DNA of 64,000 nucleotides from Chrysomallon squamiferum (GCA_012295275.1 CM022673.1:14198001-14262000); one strand, 5' to 3'; counted from the stretch's first letter, positions 37,901 to 51,143 are shown. Notes: generated by a model not told the origin, from the sequence alone. Numbers and translations: made by a program.

Positions 37901-40900
37901 GGGATGCCAAATCAGTGCTTTCTAAACGAGGGAGGAAATCACACCCAAAGAAACTACGAGGATATGTGGTTTCCATGAAACAGGAAAAAGCAGCCATGAA
38001 GAATGAAGTGTCGAAACCAATTGATGCTTTAATACATGCAGCTACTGGTATGTATTATACAGACAAAAAAACTGTTTTGTCTAATAAAATATTTAAAGAG
38101 TTTTAATTTTAAAATAATCTTTTCATTCAACTTACTGATGGAAAAAATAATATGTATTTAATATATGTATGCATAAATTACCAGGTGTTCTTATTAATCT
38201 ACTCTTTAACTTAATGCTTTCTTTATTATGAGCTCTACCAGTAAAGCATTACAATAAATATATTTATTATTAAAAACTACCAGTAAAGGTATCATTAATT
38301 ACTTCATTCGTCTAAAGAAGTACTTTTTTGTATGTATCCAGTGCCTATTATTGATAATTTTTTGAAAATATTTTTTGTACACAGTAATTTTAAAAACATT
38401 GTGTTTACTCATTTCAGGTGAAGTTAATACACAGGAAAACCAGAATCAATATGTTTATGGTAAGTTAATATAAAATATTTTGAATAAATATTATTTTTAT
38501 TTTAAATATTTGGAATTGTAAGTACAAATAAGTCCTAAAGCCTTTTTTATTTATAAACAATAACCACTATATAAATATATTTGTTAATATGTTTTCTGAT
38601 GGGTCATTTATTTATTTAACGATGTTGTTTTATACATGCAAGATAATTTTTGTTATTATAATTTATTACTTTTTGTTATTAATTCATTTTTTTTTAAAAT
38701 TTAGATTCTAGTCTGGAGTACACACCAAAATATATTGGATCAAAGAGAAGTGAAAAATCTGGGAAGAACTACGAAGCCATGTCACCGTTCAAGTTTTTCT
38801 GTCAGTTTTGCTCATTCAGGACAAAGCGTGAAAGTCATTTTATCAAACACAGGAAACTTCACGAAAACAACAGCACAAAACTGCACCACTGCAGCAAGTG
38901 TAACTTTGTGTCTGTCCGACTGAGTGTCCTGCGCAGACACGAGATTATCCACAGCACGCACATCTTTCAGTGTAATGTGTGTCCATACAAAGCTGACAAC
39001 TTGAAGCTGCTACGTCGACACAAGCTGCTGAGACATGAGTCGAATCATGAGAAGAGAAACAGACTCAAGTTCTGTCCTGACTGTGATTTCAAAACAGTCC
39101 ATGACACTCTTTACCATCGCCATCTGCAGACTCACACTTCATCTAGAGGTGAGTTTTCTTTATCTAGTCACTTCATCTAGAGGTTAGTTTTGTTTATTTA
39201 CAGTCTACACTTCATCTAGAGGTGAATTTTCTTTATCTAGTCTTACTGCATCTAGAGGTGAGTTTTGTTTATCCACAGTCTACACTTCATCTAGAGGTGA
39301 GTTTTGTTTACCTACAGTCTACACTTCATCTAGAGTGAGTTTTCTGTTATCTATAGTCTACACTATATGTAGAAGCTAGTTTTCTGTTATCTACTATCTA
39401 CACTATCTAGAGGTTAGTTTTCTGTTATCTACACTCATTCTTTATATAAAGTTGTTTTATGAGAGTATGTGTTGAAGGTTATATTTTGTTTGGGTGGTCT
39501 GATATGCCCTAGCATGTTAGTTAAAATTATTTACTGAGCCAATAAGACTAGTGAAAATTTCTCTCAGTGTGAATACATCATGATTTGTGAGTGTGTTATA
39601 TTATCAAATCTAATAACAAACAGTGTGTTATATAAATTGTAAATACTAATTAATTGATATTCAAATTTCTAATGTGTTCTCTGTACTGATGTTTAACTGT
39701 TCACCCTGTTCCAAATAAGTTATTTATTGAAAACTGATTTTCAAAGACCATACAGTTACTGTATATTTATACTAGTTGTTTTGTTTACATTTCTCCCAGA
39801 TTATATGTAGGAGTTATTTTTTGTTCATGTTTGTCATATCTACTTACTTTTTCTGTAAAGACAACTGTTAAACACTGTTTCCATTGGAACCAGGTAAATA
39901 TATTCATGGGAGAAACTATATGTTTATGCATGAATGTATTTGCAAAAGAAAGAAGAAGACTGAGAAAGGTACACATTTCACTGATAACTCATTGTTTCTT
40001 TATGTCCTGTTGTTCTTCAGTGTAGCAGTTCTGTTTTATTTTACAGCTATCTTTTACACACAGGATAAAAGTCGGAGGAATTATTAACCAATAATAAAAC
40101 TGGAAATCAATTTCTCATTAATATTAATTAGCTCTTTACTGCTGTTTTATTAGAGAGTTCATGCCAGCTGTGGAACACAACTGTTGTAAATATCATTTTG
40201 TTCCCAGACAGAGACCATGAATAAACCATGTGTTCCTTGCACATCATGGCTGTCGTTCATTTTCTCCGGATATTTCAAATGTGACTCTTCCTGTGTTTTT
40301 CATCATCATAAAAGTTGTATGATAATCATACTGTTATACTGATTGTCATTTATGTTTCTGTTGAGCAGTGACTGTTTACTAATAATAATTATTTGTTTTG
40401 CAATCCATGGGAAGGTGCATATAACAGTTCATTTCCTGCTGATGATAAAATATAGTGAATCTTCACTCAGAATTACAAATATTTGACATCCAATACCTTT
40501 GATCATTACAGAGTAACCTTGATATCAAACACCCAGTGAAAAACAAAAAAACAACCACCACAATTTCTTTATATTTCAAAACAAAAGTAACAGTAATATT
40601 GTTTATATGTATGTGAAAACAACATATTCACAAAGAGCATATCAGAATAATATTTTTCAAATTTGTTACAATAAAACATTAGTTATTGTGCCTTCATTAT
40701 ATTAATTTGTTTAATTTTTGTCAATTTTGTTTTTCCAGTTCTACCCTCTAATGGAACAGTGTCTGAGTATGTGTGTTCTGAATGTTCCTACACAACACTT
40801 CGTAAAGAACACTACCTGCGACATCGTAAAAATGTCCACGGCAACATCAGGCCATTCCTCTGTGATACGTGTGGCATGGCCTTCAAGAGGCCGGACACGC

Positions 40901-41134
40901 TCGCCCAGCACAAGATTGTCCACATTGACAGGAAGGACAGGATGTTTGCATTCACCTGTAGTCAGTGCAATAAAGGATTCAGATCACAGGTTTGTCAATT
41001 ACTTTACTGAATATTTCTGTTTTTAAAAAAAGGTCTTCTCCAGTGACAGACCAAGTTATACTTGCTTCATATTATTTACATTTTTAGTTTTATTTGATTT
41101 ATTATTATTATTGATATATATATATGTGTGTGTA

Positions 41135-41167
<33 letters not shown>

Positions 41168-41361
41168 GTATGTTTATGCATGTATGTATGTATAAATATA
41201 TATACGATTTTGGGGGACTTGGAGGGGTTGTGGGGTTTTTTTTAATATTTGTTTCAACATCATCAAAGATATTTGAATGTGTTAATGATGTCATTATATA
41301 AATATTTAATGTAAAAATTAAAATTAGTGTATAATCTTCATAACTCCTTGAAACTGTTTCT

Positions 41362-41397
<36 letters not shown>

Positions 41398-42400
41398 AAT
41401 ATTTTGTCATAATGTTCCAGTTTTATTTCTAGCTGGTATAATGTCATATCTAAACTAAATTCTGTTTAAACCTGAAATAAATGTGTTTTTAATTTCTGTT
41501 GTGTCAGTGTATGTGAAAAACATTTGTAAAATTATTTTTAGACATCATACAGTTATTTTCATGCAGTCTTTGTGTTATTTTCAGGCACATTTAAAAGAGC
41601 ACGAGACAATGCACTCTAAAGACAGACCATTTCTGTGTGATCATTGTGGTGCCTCATTCAAAACTCCTCAGGTATTTCTGTTCAGATTATGTCTTTTCCC
41701 TGGGGGTGGTTCCAGGATTTGTTATTGGGGAGGAACCAGGCTAAAATCTCATATTGCTAGATGAGCTACAATTTTTTCATTTTGCTAAATTTAGTTTATA
41801 ATCAGATATTTAAAAAAAAAAGGTTTAGCACATTACGTATTGTTAAATTAATGCTATTTAAATAAAAAGAGTTTATTTTATTTTATTGTAGTATAATTAA
41901 GAAATACACTGATGTATTGTCTGATGTGAATTTCACTTTGATGTTATATTGAATATTGTTAATATAGTTTCGTATGATTAGTTTGTTATCTTACTTAGGT
42001 TCAGAAGAAACACATTCAGACAATTCATCTCAATCCGCGATCATTTTCCTGTGATCAATGCAACAAACGCTTCAACACCAAGTACGCTCTCTTTCGCCAC
42101 AAGCGAACACACGAAATGCAGCAGAACAACATGCACACAACCACTGAGATTCCCACAATGGACATCGGTCAGACAGACATTGCTGGTCTGTCCAGTGACC
42201 AGCTGTCAGAAATTGACCCAGACACTCTGCAGACAATTCAGACACAGCAAGCTCTCGACGTTGTTGGTGCGGCGATGGAAGAAACGTTTGACCAGTCAGA
42301 CGAGACACTGCAGCAGGCGTACATACAACCTAACGAAACGACGACAGCACTGTTGTATCTGACTGGAAATTTACAAAATATTGAATACAATCCTTCTTAA
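34928..42400 (+). CDS. C2H2 zinc-finger protein, 9 fingers, long acidic/Ser-Gln-rich N-terminus (gene span)
   Basis: Nine phase-consistent exons; fingers CQFC..H..H, CSKC, CNVC, CPDC, CSEC, CDTC, CSQC, CDHC, CDQC; stop TAA at 42398-42400. Confidence 0.9.
35044..35075 (+). CDS. ZF first coding segment (option B)
   Basis: MNGQNSHEID-AT|gtaagt, also phase 2. Confidence 0.45.
35619..36507 (+). CDS. ZF exon (low-complexity repeat-bearing N-terminus)
   Basis: ggcag|VTEDSEDVQNT...ADLNKLS|gtaagt; open for ~296 codons. Confidence 0.88.
36889..37097 (+). CDS. ZF exon
   Basis: IFSNITVTLSSTLLDVIP...YTVTGSLELIVHLYNRLQETLNIPGSSR. Confidence 0.85.
37728..38047 (+). CDS. ZF exon
   Basis: LKFVGDEKTK...SSRGREIHQPARY...KRGRKSHPKK...LIHAAT. 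Confidence 0.85.
38418..38459 (+). CDS. ZF micro-exon (42 nt, symmetric phase 1)
   Basis: tttcag|GEVNTQENQNQYVY|gtaagt. Confidence 0.7.
38705..39148 (+). CDS. ZF exon, fingers 1-4
   Basis: FCQFCSFRTKRESHFIKHRKLH...FCPDCDFKTVHDTLYHRHLQTH. Confidence 0.92.
39134..39435. repeat. 34-39-bp tandem array of the ZF exon end plus donor, about 8 copies
   Basis: cacttcatctagag|gtgagtttt repeated. Confidence 0.93.
40399..40500 (+). mobile_element. Possible decayed SINE fragment (Meta/MESC-domain-like)
   Basis: gggaaggtgcatataacag...ctgctgat and cagaattacaaatatttgacatccaata resemble, from memory only, the gggatggtgcatataaaagatcccttgctgct core and tail of molluscan SINEs; not verified by search. Confidence 0.3.
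40739..40989 (+). CDS. ZF exon, fingers 5-7
   Basis: YVCSECSYTTLRKEHYLRHRKNVH; FLCDTCGMAFKRPDTLAQHKIVH; FTCSQCNKGFRSQ. Confidence 0.92.
41585..41671 (+). CDS. ZF exon
   Basis: AHLKEHETMHSKDRPFLCDHCGASFKTPQ. Confidence 0.92.
41999..42400 (+). CDS. ZF last coding exon
   Basis: VQKKHIQTIHLNPRSFSCDQCNKRFNTKYALFRHKRTHEMQQ...ALLYLTGNLQNIEYNPS*. Confidence 0.9.
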   Translation, partial: VQKKHIQTIHLNPRSFSCDQCNKRFNTKYALFRHKRTHEMQQNNMHTTTEIPTMDIGQTDIAGLSSDQLSEIDPDTLQTIQTQQALDVVGAAMEETFDQSDETLQQAYIQPNETTTALLYLTGNLQNIEYNPS

Positions 42401-42432
42401 TGTGACAGGTATTTGTGCAGGTAAACAAGTAA

Positions 42433-42456
42433 CTGAGTGAGTGAGTGAGTGAGTGA

Positions 42457-42491
<35 letters not shown>

Positions 42492-42730
42492 GGTGGGTGA
42501 TAGAGAGAAGAGAGAGTGCTGATGAAAGAGATGGATAAGAGATTTGAAGAAAGATGGATAAGAGCTGTAAAAGAGACAGATGAATAAGAGTTGTAAAATA
42601 AAGACAGATGGATAAGAGCTGTAAAAGAGAAGGATGGATAAGTTATTGTAAAAGATAGATGGATAAAGATTTGAAGAGAGACAGATACATAAGAGTTGTA
42701 AAAGTGACAGGTGGATAAGAGAAGGCGAAA
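42433..42730. repeat. (GAGT)n(GT)n microsatellite followed by a ~27-bp tandem repeat
   Basis: gatggataagagctgtaaaagagaca units. Confidence 0.8.
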
Positions 42731-42737
42731 GAAGTGC

Positions 42738-43420
42738 AGGGTCATTCTGCACCAAAACAACCAAATTCCACAAATTACAATTAGGATAAAATTCCTGTCA
42801 TTTGTGCATCTGAATAAATGATGAAAAAATGCAAAAATTTGGGACCAAATTCTTAGTTTTGAAATTATGGTTGATAAAACGCATGGCCCAACAACCCATT
42901 TTTGGCACTTGCATTTACGTCGAGCTATTTGGGCTATATTTAAATGCTATTAAGGTTATTTATTATAAAAACTACTGAGCTGAAATTTCTTATGATACAT
43001 AATACATAGCTGGAGACATTTAAAGTTTAGATAATTTGAACATATATTTTTTCATATTTTGGGTGTCTGGTACTTTCTGATTATTTGTCATAGATTTAGA
43101 CTGCTGATTGTTTTGAAGTAGATACCTATGGTTTTTTCTTTATTGGAAAAATTATCTGAATCCAGTAAAATACTAATGCGTAGTTACAAGTTAGTTCTGA
43201 ATTATATAACATAACAAATTTCAGTTCACTATCTTCATTGTAAATAAAGTAAAAAATAGCCCAAATAGCTCAACATAGTCATGAGTGCCAAATACGATCA
43301 ACCATAATTTCAAAACGAATAAGAATTTGGTCCCATCCATCATTTATCCAGAGACACACAAACTGGAATTTTATCAAAGTCAGAGACAGTCTACCAGGGA
43401 GTTGAGATTGGAACGACCCT
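42738..43420. mobile_element. Foldback / MITE-like non-autonomous DNA element with long inverted arms
   Basis: Termini agggtcattc / gaacgaccct; nested inverted blocks gataaaattcc/ggaattttatc, gggaccaaattctta...ttttgaaattatggttgat/atcaaccataatttcaaaa...taagaatttggtccc, gagctatttgggctat/atagcccaaatagctc. Confidence 0.8.
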
Positions 43421-44602
43421 AGAAAGAAAACGAACAAAACAAGGGTTATGCATATCTGTTTAATTTAGACAGGGTTCATATTTCAGTAATTATCTGAAAG
43501 TGAAGACAGAATAAAAATTTATTATTAAAATTGAATTATAAAAACTCACTCTCAGTGTGATGGGATTGTTTGATAAGGATATAAAACTATCTTCGATTCT
43601 GCAACAAAACAAATATATTATTTAGAAGCTGAATCACATTGTAATACGAAATTTATTTCTTTTGATATAATTTTATTCAGATTCTTATGCTTGTTTCTTT
43701 TTACTAACCTTGTAGGGCTTTTTTTTTTAATTTAATTTTTGTATTATTATTGTACTTTTTTTGTTTATTAAAATTTGTTATCTTAAAATAAAGAATTATA
43801 AAATAGATGATAATGAAACACAATTTCTTTAGTAGATTATAACATAAAGATAAAAGATTTTTACTTATTTATTTCTGATACACTTAGCTTTGTTTTGATC
43901 TGTCATATTTCATAGATTTTGTAAAATACATCTTATCTGTCACAACTATTGAGGATTCTTGCATAAAGGCATAAATTATTGTTTCGTTTTTGCTGTTAAT
44001 ATATCATTCTGTTTGTTGTTGTTTATAAAGAATAAATAAATAATAAAAAATAAATGTGGATGTTTTTATTACAGTTATAAAAGAAAACTAAGTTTGGTTA
44101 TAACAAAAAGTCACTATTGACTGAGTCGTTTTAACTTACTTTAATGCATATAAAGTAATATTTAATAAGTTAAAAATCATACAATGCTTATAACACATGG
44201 GCTGTCTTTGTTAAGCCAAGGTGAAAGCAAAATCTGAAACCTTGAATTAAATATTCTGTATTTTGTGTCTACTGAAATGTTTTTGATTCACAAATATAGT
44301 TGTATATCTTGAACTTTATTCAAACTGAAAAAAAAAAAAAAAAAAAATCCTTGTTTTCAGCACATTTATTCAAACTAAGGAGAAAATTGAACATATTTAT
44401 TGTACTTTCAGAGTATGGTTTTTATTTCTATTCTGTGTTATGTAGAGTGGGCTGTAAACTCTGCATGAGAAGCAATAGCTCTGGATCAATTGTCTGGGGA
44501 GTCTTAAATGAGCTGTTTCTCATGTCAGCCAGATTTTGTATGTCACTGTCTGTTGTGTAGTGTCTTCCCTATAACATTTTGTTTTTAAAACATTTTTTTT
44601 CT

Positions 44603-45310
44603 CATAACATAAAAGAATATCTTATGGTGTGAGAGATGTTTATAAAAGATTGTTACATAAAAGAATATCTCATGGTATGATAGATGTTTATAAAAGATTG
44701 TTAGAGAAAAGAATATCTTGTGGTGTGAGTTGTTTATAAAATATTTTTCTAACATAAAAGAATATCTTATGGTGTGAGATGTTTATAAACAATTGTTTTC
44801 TAACATAAAAGAATATCTCATGGTGTGAGATGTTTATAAACGATTGTTTTCTAACAAAAGAATATCTCATGGTGTGAGATGTTTATAAAAGATTGTTACG
44901 GAAAAGAATATCTCATGGTGTGATAGATGTTTATAAAAGGTTGTTACATAAAAGAATACCTCATGGTGTGATAGATATTGCTCACCCTTAATTGAAAATC
45001 AGCATAATTTAAGAATGTATAGAGAATTTATTTAATTTCCTAAGAAGTTATATTATAAAATTTAATTTTTATTGTCATTTAACATAAAAGAATATCTCAT
45101 GGTGTGAGATGTTTATAAAAGATTGTTACGGAAAATAATATCTCATGGTGTGATAGATGTTTATAAAAGGTTGTTACATAAAAGAATACCTCATGGTGTG
45201 ATAGATATTGCTCACCCTTAATTGAAAATCAGCGTAATTTAAGAATGTATAGAGAATTTATTTAATTTCCTAAGAAGTTATATTATAAAATTTAATTTTT
45301 ATTGTCATTT
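44603..45310. repeat. ~47-53-bp minisatellite with a ~230-bp higher-order duplication
   Basis: aacataaaagaatatctcatggtgtgagatgtttataaaagattgtt units; block ~44855-45080 repeated at ~45085-45310. Confidence 0.9.
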
Positions 45311-47210
45311 ATAGTTATTATAAGAGAAGCATTTTGAGCTTTGAAATAAATATTTAAAAACACAGCAGTGCATCTTTTTGCTGCAATAGAATTGTTTTAT
45401 GTGTATCTTTTCATTACTTCAAGAATTCTTTTATGTTTATCTTTGTAACAGCAGTTGAAAGTATCCTTTCAGACAGATGTTGTTAATGTCCAAAAAACCC
45501 TCACAAAACAACATATATATATATATATATATAGATATATATATCTGTGTGTGTGTGTGTGTGTTCATTAATTAATGAAATAAAACATAACCAAATATTA
45601 TATATATATTTTTTGTATACTCTCAATAACATTAAATTTTCTTATGACTAACTTGAGTTATGTTTGGAACATAAACTATGAATATTCATAAGGTGTATAT
45701 TGAATATTTATAACGTTAAGAAGCAGATTGTTTTTCTCATTGATTGTGTAAAATGTAAATGGAGTTTTGAGTGATAAGACTTTATATGGAGAATGACTGA
45801 TTACTGCAAGGAATATCAATAATCTACAGAGCTGTTCTTCCTGTAACTGATTTTTACTATGAAGCTGAGATTGATAACAGACGGTCTCACCATCAGGAAA
45901 GTTGACCTTTTATAGATTCACTTCGTTTTCTTTCCATTTTATTTTTGTTACTTTTTGATTTTATGTTATATTTTTTATTTTTTATTTTTTTTATTTCTTG
46001 TTTGTTGTTGGTTTTTGATTTTTTGGGGGCTTTTTTTTTGGAGGGGGTTGTTTGTTTGTTGTTGTTTTTGCTTCTCTGTTAATGGATATGGGATGTATCC
46101 TGTTTTTTTATTTGTTTATTGATATATATATATATACATTTTTTTTTATTTATTTTTTTATTATTATTATTATTATTATTTTTTTTTTTTTTTTCCCTGC
46201 TGTTGCTATTATTATTACTTTATTATTATTGTTTTTATAATGTTGTTATTATTATCATCATCATCATCATCACCATCAGTGATCATCATCAACATCACTG
46301 TTACTGTTACTTTCACCACTTGTGAGTAAGTAATAAAATACATGATTGTAAAACAGTGGTATTTCAGTTACATCAACCTACAAGTTGTATAACATTACAA
46401 AACACTTGTTTTTTTGACAGTTAATATTACAGCTTAGAAATGCAATGTGCAATTAATTCACTGTACACAGAATACCACATGTTTTCATTTTAGACAAACT
46501 GGAATTCAAAACAAAATGGTAACACAATAATACTGCCATCCCTGCATTTCTGAAACCCCATTTAACCACTTGGGATGTTTTCTACATAACACAAAATATT
46601 TAATAACAATAATCTCTTTAAAATTCCATCATTATGACCAAACAGATGTTTTTTTTTGCTAAAGATAATATCAAATTTTGGCATTTTGATCAAGATTTGC
46701 CCACCTGGTTCTAATCACTGAACATCAATTTAGAAAGAGTTGCTATTTTTATGTACAGGACATCATAAACCTTCATTTTACACTTTCTAATTATTCTAAG
46801 CAGCACACTTGTTAAATAAAATTGATTAATTTGGATTAAGACCTCAGAGTAAGTTGATTATGTAATATTGTTTGACACAGCTGTGTGTTATATACCATGT
46901 AATTACAGAATTAAACAGTTATTTGAAACTGAATAAGAGATAATCTGCGTTATTTCACATCTAATTGTAATGTCACAATACAACTGAACATTATTAGGTG
47001 TTCATTCATATTGTATTACTAATGTAAAAGTGATTAAATCTAGGAGAGGATTTTTGTTTTTCTATCTCTCTGACTTTTCTCTTCCTTTTATTTCTTTTTA
47101 TTCCTTTATTTTTTCTCTTTGTTTCCACCTCTATTTTCTTTTCATTTTCTTTCTATCTCTGTTCTTTCCATCTCTTTCATTTCATCTTTCATGGACATTA
47201 AGTTTTATTT

Positions 47211-47214
<4 letters not shown>

Positions 47215-47301
<87 letters not shown>
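47215..47301. repeat. (CT)n microsatellite
   Basis: Pure CT run just upstream of the putative RAPGEF4 leader exon. Confidence 0.95.
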
Positions 47302-47305
<4 letters not shown>

Positions 47306-47399
47306 GCTATAAGTTAATAGTAATAATGAAGACATCATTAATTACACTTCGGTAATTACACATACGCATACATCGTCAGCATCACAGCGCGTTAACGCG

Positions 47400-47691
47400 G
47401 GCTCACACATCAACATCAGCGACTGCTGTGATAACACACAGGTTATTTAGTTACGTCTCCACAGTATTTATTGATTTGCCTGACACAGACTGAACCATCT
47501 GCTGTAAAGACAAGCAGAGTCCGGCCAGCACGCAGAGCAGTGAGCAGCCAGCCGACTGTCAGCATACAGTCAAGTCCACACCAGCGTAGTAGTCGGTTCT
47601 CTCTGTCACTTCTTTCAGTCTACATCGTCACTGTGGTGGTGAACGCAGGAGCAGCACCTGTATCAATCAATATAGACCATGATAAGTAAAG
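47400..47691 (+). other. RAPGEF4: Putative 5' leader exon of RAPGEF4 (start approximate)
   Basis: GC/CpG-richer island after a (CT)n tract, ending in AAG|GTAAGC; palindrome cgcgttaacgcg at 47388-47399. Confidence 0.5.
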
Positions 47692-48572
47692 GTAAGCACA
47701 TGTGTTGTTTGTGACACAGTTTGTCTGCTTCTCAGTGAAATACTCTTAGTGTTGTTGTTAATATTATACATGTGAAATACTGTTTATACTATACATGTGA
47801 GATAGTGTTAGTGTTAATGTCATATGTGAAATAGTGTTAGTGTTATTGTATGTACATCACAGATATTATTAGTATTGTTCTTAATATTTATGTGAGATAC
47901 TGTTAAAATTACCCGTATGAGTTAGTTATTCTGTATAGTATTTACAGTTAGTATTATTTCAGATATTGTATTTGTGTGAGACACTGTTATTATTTATTCA
48001 AAACATTGTTAATAAATTTAACTATGTAGAATACAACACAAATTTCTATAATAACAAATAATTAAAATTGTATTACATAAACTATTTTTTTCTTAAAAAC
48101 ATTACTTTGATTTCTAGTGTTGTTATAATATGAGTACTTTAGGGATTGAATCCCATTTCTGTAATCCCAGAATTAATTGAAATATGTGAAGCCAGAATAT
48201 GCTAACTTTTATCTGTGTATAATCTTTTATTTCACAGAATTATTAAATTACTTATATTTACTTATGTGTCTGACATACAAACATATTCCTAGTATAGATA
48301 TGTTTAACACAAAAATTAAAATTATAACTATTGTATGCTGTAAATTGGTGAAATCTGATTATAATATTGATATACATTTTCATTTTAGTCAGATAATTTG
48401 TTTATAAAAATTCATGTTTTCGACAGAATTCTATTTACTATAAGACCTTCTTCAGATATTACTTGATAATGAAATTAAAAAATATATTCAAATGTTTCCT
48501 TTTGCTGATAAATCAACATCTCTATTTAATTCACTCAAATTAGAAGATGGTGATAAACAATAAAAATAACAA

Positions 48573-48627
<55 letters not shown>

Positions 48628-49620
48628 ATATAATATAATATAATATTAAAAAAGAAAAAATAAGAGAAATAATAATAACAATATTAGTGGCAACTTTCTG
48701 TGTATGTAGATAGATAGATAGATAAATAAACAGAGAGATAGATGTTGATATATATTGATATGTATATCAAAAAATTAAAAATAAATAAATAAAAACTGTA
48801 CATTTTATCCTTCCTGTAGCAGATTAGTAATATCCTCTTCACTTTCTATTATTTCTTTATTTAAAATTTTCATTATCTTTCATTACCATGTTAACCTAAA
48901 TTTTGCCATCCACAAGGCAACCATATTAAAATATATATCAATGGCCATTTATCTTCCAAATTCATCTAAGACTGATGTTCCAATCCCTGGTAATAGCACT
49001 TTTATGCTGCAAAGACTATTAATTAAAGATCAGTGACTATAAAGAAAAAGGACCATTATCTAGATACAGTGTGTAGATTTTTCCTGATTAATGATTTTCT
49101 TCTGTTTTTGAAACAACTCTTACATAGATGTATACAGTTATCTACGATGGTATTTAACTATTTATCTTTCCTGTTTTGTTTTTTTAAATCTATCTTTAAG
49201 TGACTTTATCATTTATAATATTACTTTAGAAGTTTGAAATAATGATTACAAAATAGAAAATAAATGTTAAAATAATCAGTATGTTTAAAATAAAGTCTAC
49301 AGCTCATAGACTCCTATATACAGACAGAGAATTAAAGAACACATTTACACAAATATTAATCTATTTTAATTTTGAAATGGTTGAATGATATATTCTGTGA
49401 CGTCAGAACATATCAAACTTTGATGTATTTTTTATAATAAAAATGTATGATTTATTTATCAGTGTGTATCATATGTGAATGCCCGTGTGTGAGAAAATGA
49501 ATATATAAAGAAAATTTGTTAAAGATTATTAAAAAAAATATTAATAATCCACTGACTGGTAGAAGTGAATTTTCTCATTACCTTTGAAATACATAATTAC
49601 CTATGATCCTTCATCATCAT

Positions 49621-49664
<44 letters not shown>

Positions 49665-50962
49665 CATAAAACCATTTAAAAGATATTGAATATTTAATTA
49701 AATAAAAGATTTCTTATTATCTTTTTTGGGGGTAGAGCTATTTTTAGAATCTTTAACATATTCTTCATAACCATTATTTTATTAGATAAAAATACTAAAC
49801 ATTAATAAATTTTATAAACTAGGTTAAACTAATAATACTTGATATTTAATATTTTATATTAAAGAATGATTAAAATCACGATGACATTTTGTTAACATTT
49901 AATAACCTTAATGCACTGCATAAAAATATATTAAAACTGAGATGACCTATAAAAATAATATGTTGTATGAAAAATATTTTAAAACTGAGATGGTCTTTAA
50001 AAATAATTTATTATATTAAAATATATATTAAAATTATGATGAAATTTATAATTAATACACTGTGTTAAAATATATATATATATATATATAAATTATGATG
50101 ACATTTAATAATACACTGGGTTATAAATACAACACAATAATGGTAATACTATAAAATTCATTGAATTAATGTGGTTAATTTAAAATGGTCAACATGAAAG
50201 GTCATTGGTCTTTTTGTTTGAGTTTACATGAAAAATAAACAACAAGTTGATTATTGCAGTGTTGATGTAAGACAACCATGACAGTGATTGCTCTGTGGGA
50301 TTATGGAACTTGATAATATTTAACACCAGAGGTCACTCACTCTGTAACTAATTAACTGATCTGACTTACTAATAATTCAGTACGCGTACACTTGAGAAAA
50401 ACAGTATTGTTGGTGTGACACAAACAAACGTCACTGTTTAATTATTAAAGTAAACAATTAATTTCCTTCACACATTTCTTTATTAATAAACACGTTCACT
50501 TTGTTTTTGTCACATGTAAACTGACAGCTGCTGGGTAGATTCGTGTCAACATTACCAAACATGCAGTTTTTCACACCCACGCTTACATCAACACCTTTCA
50601 GATTTATGTTTTATTTTCATGCTTTTTTGATATTGTTCAGATATTTTATAAGAGATGACAAAATGCAGTGGGCTGTGTAATTCAGTTACAGGGTAATAGC
50701 ATTACATTTTTAAAATTAAATTTGAGAGGCTTTGTTGTTTTATTCAAATTCAGTCAGATATTGATAGCATAATAGCATAATGTTACATATATCTAGATGT
50801 TTGTATGAGTGGATTGATGGATGGATGTATAACATTACCAGGAAAGAAAAAATTAATCATAATGTTAGGAATAATGATATTTCTTAGCAAAACAAGAGTT
50901 ATTGAATCTTCTTACTAGATAAGAAATAGAGAAAATTTAATTAATTTAAGCTTGAGATTGAA

Positions 50963-51143
50963 TTGAATTTTGTTTTGTTACATAAAGTAAAATTCAATCG
51001 TATTTTGTTTCTTAAAGTAAAATTTAATTATATTTTGCTTCATAAAGTAAAATTTAATTATATTTTGCTACATAAAGTAAAATTTAATTGTATTTTGCTA
51101 TATAAAGGTAAATTCAGCTGTGTTTTGTTTTTCAGAGACTGGC
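50963..51143. repeat. 30-bp tandem array ending at the RAPGEF4 acceptor
   Basis: aattatattttgctacataaagtaaaattt, 5-6 copies. Confidence 0.85.

Noticed and set aside
42330-42773. 147-aa and 129-aa minus-strand ORFs
   Set aside because: Read through microsatellite and 27-bp tandem repeat; no protein-like content
47471-47689. 72-aa ORF in the GC-richer island
   Set aside because: Non-ATG start and no recognisable homology; better explained as a 5' leader exon
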